A stretch of 64,000 nucleotides of DNA, taken from positions 1,984,001 to 2,048,000 of the forward strand of contig NW_025765159.1 of assembly GCF_003918875.1 (NCBI RefSeq), written 5' to 3'. Of the stretch, positions 37,410 through 48,855 are shown in pieces (within the stretch, counting starts at the first letter, position 1; each line of letters begins with the position of its first letter). This stretch comes from Haliotis rubra. Taxonomy: Eukaryota. Made by a program: the position numbers and the translations under genes. The notes beneath the pieces are model-generated. The model searched no databases, had not been told where the DNA came from, and saw only the letters and a program-made list of their open reading frames with translations.

Positions 37410-37990
37410 GTGTCAAGCATGGCCGTCGTAAGGCGTCGTACTCGTCATGGACCTGGATGCCTACGCGACACCTCATGCCTGTGGAACCAAAAGGTCTGTG
37501 AATGACACTTTGTGCAAAGACAGCCCGATGGCGAAGTTGATTCAGATTCTGTGGTGTTGGTTGACGTGACAGTCTGTCTACTTCATCCAACGGATGCTCT
37601 TTGGGCAAGATCCGGTGACCTCGACGGCTACGGCAGTACGTTATAACCTGATCTCTCCGGAAATCAGTTCCGATCAGTATTGAGTGGTGACGGTCATTGT
37701 CACGATGGAAAATGACACCACCACCAACATAAGGACAAATAGATAAACAGATATTTCCTTCGCTCACGCATTCCTGTATCATGAGAAGCTTTATCCTCCG
37801 AATCTGTCAACGTATTGTACGCAACATCTGGAACAATGAAAATTCCGTCGCCAATATCACAAATCCGTTATCTTTCCGCCGAAGAATCATACGGGATTGT
37901 AAGCGCTTCACCAGCGCTGATGATGTAATCGACACCACTGGAGCCGTTGAAGTCGATTTCGTCGAGGTGCAATAACGCCAACGCAGGCCC
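37410..37990 (-). pseudogene. Decayed Tc1 transposase, C-terminal part
   Basis: GGGVIFHRDNDRHH (DNARPH-like) and EHPLDEVDR..PTPQNLNQLR (IEHLWDELDR..PQNL-like). Confidence 0.65.
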
Positions 37991-38027
37991 TGCTCGCATT
38001 CTGATAGCCAAACGCTTAGTTTCTGAA

Positions 38028-39622
38028 TATATAAACAAAAGTTAAGCACCCCCTGATATTTTCACAATGCCAAATGGCAAAAAACATGTCAGGTTCGCAA
38101 TGGCCCTAAATGCTCGGACATGCAAATGCCATCTGATAGCACAACCATCTGGCAAGACAGAAACGCAACATCGGTTAGCTGTGGTTAATAGCGATTACTT
38201 CATGTTATCACAGGTACTGTTTTTACCCCGAAACAAACCCCCAAAAAGTATGGAGCTGCAAGTCAATGAAAGGGTGTTGACATTGATATTGTCAAAGGAA
38301 AATGATCCTTGAAGACACTAGTGTACGTAGTTCAGTGAGACTAATCAGTACTGGGTGGATCCGCCACGTACCCACATGACACATTCCACCCTACGTCTTA
38401 TGCTTCCAGTCAGACGTCGGATCTGTTCTCTGGTCAATAACAACCACTCAGCATGCAGGACTGCCTCCAACTGATGTAAATTCTGTACTGGAGGGTTCCG
38501 TGCCTGGATTCGCCGCCCAATAATGCCAGAGGGTTCAGATCTGGTCTTAACGCTGGCAAGGGTAGAGTTGTCACTGGATTGTTCTCATGTAATCCACTAC
38601 GGCACGTGATCGACGAGGTCTGGCGTTGTCGTCCATGTACTGAGGTCGTGTGGCAAGTTGATGGTTATCGAAATAAGGGCTGGCTGTAGGACGTCCCGGA
38701 TGTACTGAGCTCCCGTTAAGTTGCCCCTGATGGTGACCAAATCCATCTTGCAATCATGAGAGAGGCATCCCTACACCATGACAGATCCCCCTCCATAGGC
38801 AACAGTTGGCAGAATGTTCCTGGGGGTATAAGCTGTGTTCTTATGCCTCCAAACACGTGTACATCCATCAGTAACATGAAGTAAGAAGCGGCTTTCGTCC
38901 GACTAATGGATTTTCCTCCAGGTCCTCAGATTCCAGTGTCGTTTGGCCAAGCACCATGCCAAACGTGCACGTTTATGGTGGTCTCTCAACAAGGGACGTT
39001 TAATTACTCTCCTGGCCTTCAATCCTGCTGCTTTGGGACGATTTCGGACTGTTCTGGTGCTGATGGGTCGATTGGGTAACCACAGTTTTTTCAGCTGAGG
39101 ACTTGTACTGAAGAGTTCTGGGCGTGCATGTCGTATCAGTTGTCTGTGTTCACGCGGTGTAGTCACAGGAGGCCTTCCAGACCTTGGACGGTCCACTGCA
39201 CTTCCGGTCTGCGCATATTTCCGGACTAAAAGGCTAAGAACGGTGTAATGGTAGCCCAGATTTCGTCCAATCGCCTTAAAGGACATTCCTGCGGCGTGCA
39301 TACCAATAATCTGATTCCTAGTGTCAATTGACAAATCGCCTCCTTGCCATGTTCAATGAATATGCTTGAATGGCCGTTTCAGTCAACGTTAGATACCCAC
39401 AAATACAGTTGGGCCATACTGCTTTGTGCGATCCTCGAGGGTAGCATGTTGCACGTGCATGTCACAAGGACACGAGCGCGATTGTCATGCATCACTGGTT
39501 ATATCGTCTCACGCAAACTCTGCTCTTCCTATATTTATACTTTGTATCACTATTTCAAATAATGGGGGAGGGGGGAATTCATAAAAATATCGGGGGGTGC
39601 TTAACTTTTTTCTTTGTGTATA
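38028..39622 (-). mobile_element. Near full-length Tc1 element with disrupted transposase
   Basis: TIRs AAAAGTTAAGCACCCCC.GATATTTT at both ends; HTH, RSGRP, SDESRF, GGGSVMV, DDNARP, PDLNP motifs, with stops and frameshifts; ATG at 39350. Confidence 0.92.
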
Positions 39623-39769
39623 TGTTATTTTGATAGTAACATTGATATTGAATTGAAAAGGCGCCCCAGTCAGATGGGAAATTCAGAGCCTGAATCTGAG
39701 GAATATATAAACTTGCTTTATTCAGGGCTTTAGCATTGCAGGGAGGGCTAGGCAGCAGGGGAAACTAAT

Positions 39770-40575
39770 GCGGTTCGTGGGCTATGAGAGAGGCTTGCAT
39801 TCCGACAGTGCGTAAACGGCTACGAACAGTCTGCGTAGATGGGAGATGTAGACCAGGAACTGGGTCATAGTGTGCGGATGTTCTGTGTAGAAGATGAAGG
39901 ACCCGGATGTAGCGTTGGTCGGATGTTGCGCACTCTCCTACCCAGAGTTCCATGCGGCAAGCCAGCATAGTACCTCTGCCACAGGCCAGCAAGATGTGAC
40001 GATTCGTCACATCTTGCACCGTCGATTCAATATAACGTACATATTTATTAACTCTTTTATTTTTGACGAGTCTACACATCTAATTAAACACCTTTGATAG
40101 AATGGTTTAGCTTCACTGAGAAAATATCCTAAAACGTGTAACACTATTTCCATTTGCGTAGCAATCCTTTGTTTACATAGGTTGTACGGCTCCACGTGCT
40201 GTCATCGAAGCCGACGGAGAGCAAACGATGCAGCCAGTTTGATATCTAAATATGTACTGTCATAAATCCTACTGTCGTAGTTGGGGAAGAATATATATGT
40301 AACAATGTAAACATTGCGAAGGGCGCGCCGAAAACTTGCGTAAGGCCAGTCTCTTCTTATTATGAATATGCGCGTTTGTTTATAAACAAGAGAAAAGTCC
40401 GGTCACGTGATATGTAAATTAGCCTGTGGTAGTGATGTTATGCTAAGTCATCACTACGCCGGAGTGTGGATGTTGCGGTGTTGCAGGATCCGCCTGAATC
40501 GTCGCCGTGGTGCCGTGTAGCCGACATCGTTGCCAACGATGTGAAAAGTGAAATGTCTTGCCACTGACGCGTGTG
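39770..40575 (-). pseudogene. Tc1 transposase N-terminal remnant interrupted by a later insertion
   Basis: ASVARHF near 40560; DQRYIRVLHL...QTVRSRLR at 39800-39925. Confidence 0.7.
39931..40468. mobile_element. 538-bp non-autonomous DNA element with 9-bp TSD (MULE-like)
   Basis: Exact TSD GATGTTGCG (39922-39930, 40469-40477); ends CACTCTCC / GGAGTGTG; second copy at 29101-29643. Confidence 0.85.
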
Positions 40576-42809
40576 ATTCACCCCTTAAAGTCTACCAATA
40601 GCATTATTATTGGCACGACGAAGTCCAAAATTATATGAAATCAATAATTGAATAATTTGTGAAAGCTACGTGCCATACCTTGAACATGAAACATATTACA
40701 AATTCCATAACGTGCATGTCAAAACCGCCTTAAAGTTTCTGAGGAACCGAATATGCAAATATGAAAGGTCGTCGATATTTACGATGATCAATATTGTCGA
40801 TATCAAAGGCAATAAAATAGTTTCTCTAACTATATCGGAAAAAAGAACGTGGACTTCATTATAGTGCAAAATAATGCTTTCCATCCAATGAAATTTACTT
40901 ATAGAAATAATGTCTTAGCATTTCGTTTTCAAGAGAATGCACTAGAAATATAAGAATTAATATTTTCAAAGTTTGTGCCTCTCACATTATTTCCTTAAAA
41001 AAAGCCGAAATGAGACAGAAGAATAATAACTAGGTATTAAAGTCGCATGATGACAGTGATAAATGTGGTTTTATGCCGCAGTACGATATTCCAGTTACAT
41101 CACACACTCCAATAAATATAATCAAATCTGAGACAGAGAAACAAATGACTGATTGTATGTGTAATCAGCACGGTTGGGGCAAGGTGACAATCAACAAGTG
41201 TATCATTATAACAATTCCCCACATGGGTACAATGTGTGAACCCTTTTCCTGGTGTTCCCCATCGTGATTTTGTTGGAATATTGCTAAAAGCGGCGGATAA
41301 TGTTTCTCTTTCATTATATCTCATACAGGTTAACGTTTAAGCCGTTACTGACGTTAGATATTTACATCTATGCCTCCTGGATTTGAACAATGGAGTCAAG
41401 TTTGGCGTATTGGGGTGAGTGAGGGAGTATAAGGAGGCATTAGCAATAGTACATATCATCGTTGCATCTCAGCTGTGTAGATCAATGGTCATCAATCAGT
41501 GGATTGTCTGGTTCAGACTGCTGCCGTGTAGCTGGAACAACGTTACACAACGAAGACACATTTAAACCACTTTGAGAATCGAACTCGTATGTTATCAGTG
41601 GCAATGTGACACTTCATCACTAGGCTATCTCACTTAAAATGGAAAAAACCCCCAAACACTCCCCATCCCCATCCCCAAACAAAAACAAATAAAAAGACAA
41701 GCACATTTAAAATACGTAAAAAATGACCATACTTTTTTGTTTTAAAAATATAACAAGAAAGCACATTGAAACACGTTCTCTGACCAAACTCGGGGGCGGT
41801 GGGGTAGCCTAATGGTTCGATTCCCCACATGGGTACATTGTGTGAAACCAATTTCTGGTGTCCGCCGCCTTGATATTGTTAGAATATTGATAACAGTGGC
41901 CTAAAACCATCCTCACTCACTCACCCTGACCAAACACTAGAACCTCATTATCACTAATTTACGCAACAATGCAAATGCAAAAGGCTGACAATGCTACATT
42001 TCGTATTGTTTGGGGGCCTGGAACAGGTGGTCTCAAACCCGAAGTCGAACTTAACAACAAGAATCAATTTAAAATCACTTTAGCCCTCTGTGAAAGTAAT
42101 AAGATTGATAACGGTAATTATCTCTGCAACAATTACGTCCTATGTAATTAGCCGTAAACACCTAAAAATCTGTTCAAATGTCTCTAACATTCAGGCTCAG
42201 AATTTGTGATATTTAAGATCCAAGAGTCTGAAACGCTTAAAAACACACCACCCACGTCTGATCAAAGTAGTGTCCAGTACACACGGATATACAAGAAAGA
42301 CCACTCCGGGTTAGAATTCGTCCTTTTCATTACATTATATTTTTTTTTTTTTACTATGAACTTTTTTCAGTAAAATATGTTCATTTCAGAGAATAGTTGT
42401 TAGTCTACAGTAACCCATGTTTGTCGCACGAGGCGACATGGTTGACACATGTCGCCATATCTCAACTGTGTAATTATGATGATTATGACGTCATCATTGG
42501 ATTGTTTGGTCCAAACTCGATTATTTGCAGACCGCCTTCATATAGTTGGAATGCGTCTAAGTGCGGCGTTCAACATCAAACAAATAAACAAACAAACAAA
42601 CAAACAAAACCCAGGATGGTAACTGAAATGTTGCTGGTCTTTTTAACAATTTAAAAGAATGGCAATAATCATCTCCTATTTGGAGCCAGCGTTCCCCGCA
42701 TGGAAGTGTTTTGGATATTGCTGAAACGCCACTCACTCACTGAAAATGACATTTTTGGACCATCAGTACCTTCAGATTCCTAAAGTCTAAACTTCTTAGC
42801 TTCAGTTCT

Positions 42810-43035
42810 TGTTTGTTGTTTTACGCCTCACTCAGCAATAATTCAGCAATATGGCAGCAAGTCTGGACCAGACAATCCAGTGATCAAGATCATGAGCATC
42901 GATGTACGCAACTGGAATACGATGACATGACATTGTGTCAACCAAGTCAGCGAGCCTGACCACCCGATCCCGTTACTCGCCTCTTACGACAAGCTTGGAC
43001 TACTGAAAATCAATTCTAACCGGATCTTCGCGGGT
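42810..43035 (-). mobile_element. SINE-like family B copy
   Basis: Flanked by TCTTAGCTTCA direct repeats. Confidence 0.82.
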
Positions 43036-44285
43036 GTCTTAGCTTCAAGTTTGAATAAACTATCATCATTTCTGAAACCGATTCTGTCTAAACATTTTTT
43101 GTCTAATCGAATGATTCCAACACAGAACAAATTAACAAAAGTAGACAATATTTCTCTGTTATGCTATAATGTCCACGTGCTACTATCTGAAGCCGTTCCT
43201 CCCATACAAACATATGAAGTGCCACCCTCGAGACCGTCACAATCACTTTGCTAGTTTACTAGTCTCTATATCCCCGCCACAACCACTCCCCACTGTTGAG
43301 TGGAACGATGATCACCAGACAGCCAATACCACTGGGATCAATACAACCCTCAATGTAATCGATGAAAACGGAGAACGGGTTTTAACCTTTTCAAGGGAAT
43401 CGCTTGGATTAGGATGGCTGAATTGCGTCCTCAATGAAAATGGGAGATAAGTCTGCAGCACAATGGATATTTGTTTTCAGTATTGAGTACTTGTGAGAAG
43501 TGTTGGTCAAAAGTGTTGGCGGGTATATTTGTGTTTTTAAAGACAATTATTACTGGTGAAAGTTTAATAAAAGTTCATATTGTGATAACATGTTTATGTT
43601 AAATTTGTGAATTTCGTCTTAGAAATATTAAGAAAATTAACATTAAACGATAAAAATTCAACGTTCAAGAGTTTTTGACCTTATATATGTTAAATTTGGT
43701 GTGAAGTCTTTTCCCGATAATGTAAATTGTACCTTTTGAACTATAATACATCCCATTATACGAATGAGTGAGTGAGTGAGTTCTGTGGACATGGAAATAT
43801 TAACTAAACCTTGAACTCGAAGCTGGATCTGGGATTGAAAGGATTTGAATATGTTTTTCCTAAACACCCGGTGTCAAGACTGATTTTGAGTGATCCATTT
43901 GTTTCATTGTCACACTTACTTTTACGCCAAGAGGAATCTGTTTCGGTAGATAATCAAACTGACTACACTATGAGTCGTTTCACATGGAAGGCGCTGGCGC
44001 CTATAAAAGGGTGAATATGGTATCCATTCTTCACTTGTGGATGGTGTGAAGGTTTTCTTGCTTTTATTAATAGACAGTTAAAAACATTACAGATCACCAA
44101 TGTGCCTGAGTTATACATATCTAATGATATATGTTTTCATTGAGGCATACCAGTATAGTAGCGGTGTATTTAAGATACGCCGAGATTAAGGTATGGCAAT
44201 TTACAGTGCTTTCAAGAAGCATGTCAAAACGTTTTAAATATGTTGTGAGTGAGATTAAACGCAGTTTTGAACAGATACCACCACC

Positions 44286-44324
<39 letters not shown>

Positions 44325-44909
44325 AAAACAAACAAACTCCACACACCCCCTTCTGAATGAACTGAGAGTACACTGGTATACATGGCTTAGGTTGTAGACA
44401 CCGCTCAAATCAAAGATGACAAAACAACTTCCTAAACAAACCCACTGGATAGTCTACAGACCACATGTGTAAAACATCTCCTGGCCACCAGCTCCTCCCT
44501 TAGCGAGTGGTTTGATGTGTAAATCGTCATCTTTATCAATATACCTTAATTTTTTAAGTATCAATATATAGAAAATATGTTCTATATAAACTTAGCGAAA
44601 GCACTTGAGTCTTCATTCATTATCTGCAAATAGGTGCAAAGTTGCTAGTGTTAAACAATAATCACTCACTAACAAAGGGGAAGCTATTTTGAGGGTGTCG
44701 TGAGGCCATTAAACCTGTCGATGTCACAACGTAATAAAGAATTCACACGACGGGCAAAAAAGAATAGACTTGACAACTGGACTTGATTGGAATGAAATAT
44801 TAGAAGTCTAAACTATAACAGTCACCGAAATACTGCTGCAAACATAAGGTTCCCTAGACAACCATATAACATGCATAATAATTTTGAACCATTTCTTGTT
44901 TGGTTCAAT

Positions 44910-45398
44910 GTATAGCCACCGTCAAACACTGGTGTATACGTCTTTAGCTCAGCAGTACACATCTCAGAATAGCCATCTATCACGTTGTATAGCCACCGTC
45001 AAACACTGGTGTATACGTCTTAGCTCGGCAGTACACATCTCAGAATAGCCATCTATCACGTTGCATAGCCACCGTCAAACACTGGTGTATACGTCTTAGC
45101 TCGGCAGTACACATCTCAGAATAGCCATCTATCACGTTGTATAGCCACCGTCAAACACTGGTGTATACGTCCTCCAGTACAAACGCTCTATGTTGTATAG
45201 CCACCGTCAAACACTGGTGTATACGTCTTAGCTCGGCAGTACAAATCTCAGAATAGCCATCTAACACGTTGTATAGCCACCGTCAAACACTGGTGTATAC
45301 GTCTTAGCTCGGCAGTACAAATCTCAGAATAGCCATCAATCAACTGGTGTATACGTCTTAGCTCGGCAGTACAAATCTCAGAATAGCCATCGATCACG
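44910..45398. repeat. 76-bp tandem repeat, ~6.5 copies
   Basis: Unit starts at 44910, 44987, 45063, 45139, 45195, 45271; the unit at 45139 is shortened to 56 bp. Confidence 0.95.
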
Positions 45399-48028
45399 GT
45401 GGTTGCTTATTGTAATCTGTTCATTGGTGGTTTTAAGCCACGATGTAATTGTATCCCAACTGTATTTAATTTGAATGGTTTAAACAGTAAAAGAGCTGTA
45501 TTAATTGTACAGCTGGTTAAGTAATATTTCATGCATATAAATTCTATCCCAACTTCACCATTCATGATCTGTTTTTTATTTGCTATTATGGCTGTTGTGT
45601 TATACAATAGAAATGTTATATCCACTTTATATGCACTGTTCAAAAGAACTTAAGGACTGCCCAATTCTTTCGGATGACTACATGCCGTCACAGATTCAGA
45701 GTCATCAGAAAAATATGTCTGTTTCTGACTCTATTTGAGTAGTATATTAAAAAAACAACTTCAACTCCAGATGGCATTTATTTTTTCAATTTAGTTATAA
45801 TTTCTTTATTTTTGTTGCATGTGTACATTGTTGCACATGTATATAAATTGTCTATATAAACAAAAGGTGACAGATCACCAGAATTTAGTAAATTGGTTAA
45901 GATGTGCATACATGTTTGTTGTGTATTTCGTGAAGTAATAAAAGCATTTGAGTTCTTCCTGAATCATGTCAAAAAATTGTTATATACATTTAGTCCCGAT
46001 TATCTCCCGAGACAGATTCCATTAGGCTTAAAACGGAAAATATTAATAAACAATTATGAATGGGTAGCTACAAACCGGTAATGACACCAGGTGTTGGCGA
46101 AAAAGGCAAGCATAACCTGTCCTGTTGTTACTACTACACTCGTCAGTCATTTAGGTTGATTAAAAAGTAAGTGTCTGTTGGCTGAACACACCACACCCCA
46201 CATTCGTATTACCTTTCATTTTAATACACTTTACACATTTATCTGAGAGTGAAATAGTGATTGATCCTTCTGAACGGCACAAACAAGCACAAGAAAACGA
46301 TTTGCAGTCATTGTCCAAATTTTGTGAGTGACCGAGTGAGTGAGTAAGGGATAACGACGCTTTTGCACAATACTAAGGTATATCAAGGCATGACAGAATT
46401 GGCGGATCCGGGGTGGGTGTGTGTGGTGGGGATGTTTCAGCCCCCCCTCCTCTCCTCTTTGAAAATGACTTAATACCACATTGGAGTTAATGTTAATGTG
46501 TTTGCATTGGCGGAGCCGAGGAGGGGTTTAAACCCCTTGAACCCCCCAACCCCATGGAAAATTCGTGGATCCGCCTCTGGGCAGGTTAATGTTGGGGGAC
46601 GCTACAACTTAAACACGATATGTATTTCAAGTTTGATAAGTACGACTGAATGATGGTGCACATACAACCAAACCAATCAAGCCTCTTTATCACTTGGAAT
46701 ATCGTGACACGGGCATTAATTACATCTGCAGCATGAACGACAACATTAGATAAGCCCCAGCCTCAGGATTATCAAAGTCTACTTCCGTCTAATCTTCAGA
46801 ATATCTCTCATCTTGACACAACCAAAGACACAACAATTGTCAGATTGCATGAACACAACCCGCTAAACCGCAAACCCAACATAGGACAGGAACGCGTAGA
46901 CAGCGACGGGTTAAATGAATCGTTAAGAACAACACATTTTCAATTAGGTTGAATTTGTTTCATGTAGAACAAGGAAATGCCAATTATTATCGTTACTTTA
47001 GATGTTTTTGTAAGGAGAAAACAATTTGATTAACTAGAGACATGATGTGTACAGATATACGTAACATGCACACTACTGTTGACACGAAACGGGAGACCTT
47101 TAAGTACAAATCAGTATCTACGTTTATGACGAATACGTTTATAACGAACCATTGTTGTCCTGGCCTCTTGCTGTATACTGTGTTACAGTTGAAATGCATA
47201 TGACGAACTACGGTTATAACGAACTATAACTACTACTTCTTTTGGATTCGTTATCACCGTAGTTTAGTGTATATATATTTATACAACAAGCAATAATTTA
47301 GAATTACTAGTTACCATGACAACCTATTCAACCTGTATAAAACTGCAGTGGTCTGTTAGTGAACGTGGTGTATGCACCTGGTGCCGATATCGCGCCTGTG
47401 TGAAAACCCGTGAGGTCATTTAGATAAAAATAATTGAATAAAAATGAAAATATTAGTATGCTAATGCTGGAAAATGCAAGTCTAAATCATTTGTATTTTG
47501 TTACTGTGAGATATACTCTATTCATGTACTGCAGTGTATGACTGAACTAATTTTAGCTATATTGTCTGTTAGCTAGTTATAGCTAAACTTGAAGTTGGAA
47601 AATCACTGAACTGACATTTATAAGTGGTATAATTAAGACTTCCATTTACACAGAAAATAATGCTCAAATAATTTTCTATTTCGATCCTTTACATACATTC
47701 ATGTTTCTTCAATACTTTCGTCGTGCCAATATTTTGCTGAGGAAAACCTTACCTCTTTTTGCAGTGTCAGCATGTTTTAGTACAACCGCAGTTTTTGTTT
47801 GTTAACCCAGTTCAATTATGTTGATTATGTTAAATAATATTATAAGGCCTAACCCATGAGTATAGTCACTTGAGCATTGAGCGTGATCATCTTTTTTGTT
47901 TCTCTTGAAAAGTGTCAGATAGATTTAAGCATGCTCTTAGTCCGGAAAAATCAAAACGTTGTTTGGTCGGTGTTACAACTAACTAGTCGTCAGGAAATCT
48001 TTCTTTGCTAAAGGTTCTATGGTTGATA

Positions 48029-48420
48029 GGGGCGGTGGGGTAGCCTAGTGGTTAAAGCGTTGGCTCGTCACGCCGAAGACCCGGGTTTGAATCCTCACAT
48101 CAGGAGCTATGGTCGGCACCATGGGTGTTGGTTTCACCAAATAGTCACAGTATCCTGCTTTGGTCTTCCCTCCAGGATCCGCTGTAAGTTGAGACGCCAT
48201 GGTAACTGAATCTTGTTGAAACAGTGGTTAAAAACAGAGAAACCAAATGATGGGGGGACGGTGCCGTAGCCTAATGGTTAAAGCGCCCGCTCGTCACGCC
48301 GAAGACCCGGGTTTGATTCTTCACATGGGTACAATGTGTGAAGCCCATTTCTGGTGTCCCCTGCCGTGATATTGCTGGAATATTGCAAAAAGCGGCGTAA
48401 AACCAAACTCAGTCAGTCAG
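48029..48420 (+). mobile_element. Composite SINE: family A head + family D segment + complete family A
   Basis: One 13-bp TSD TCTATGGTTGATA flanks the whole unit. Confidence 0.85.
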
Positions 48421-48813
48421 TCTATGGTTGATATGGATGTCATTTTCAAATTTGATGTATAAGTCACCAAAACAAAAATATACAATGTATTCCCTAATTT
48501 AATTTGTAGCACATGTTCCCTTGTTGGTGAACAGATGTTGTGCCTTTGCATGAGCTTATGACGGCGTTACCGGTTGGGAGGAATACGCTCACTCTTTGCG
48601 AACGCTTGGTATCATCTCTTTTTCATAATAGTAATAAAAGGTGCCTAGGATAGGGTCGGAGTAGTACAATATAAAATGCCTTTTAAGCTGATATTTATTT
48701 GGATTCAGGAAATGTTAGTAACCACAAGGCTACCCAACAGCCCCTCGGCAACACGAAGTTTTAAGGTAGTGTCAATGTTTAGGCAGATATATTCATAACA
48801 TCTTGAAAGGCGT

Positions 48814-48855
48814 TCACTTGATGAAGGAGCAAGAATTAGCTCTGAAACGTAGTGA
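48814..48855 (+). ncRNA. Minimal type I hammerhead ribozyme-like motif (Penelope-like remnant)
   Basis: TCAC-TTGATGA-A-GGAGC[loop]GCTCT-GAAA-CG-TA-GTGA followed by AATAAA; C3U variant, palindromic ACGT stem III. Confidence 0.6.

Noticed and set aside
38903-39334. Active Tc1 transposase gene
   Set aside because: Frameshift after the ATG, in-frame stops before SDESRF and later frameshifts.
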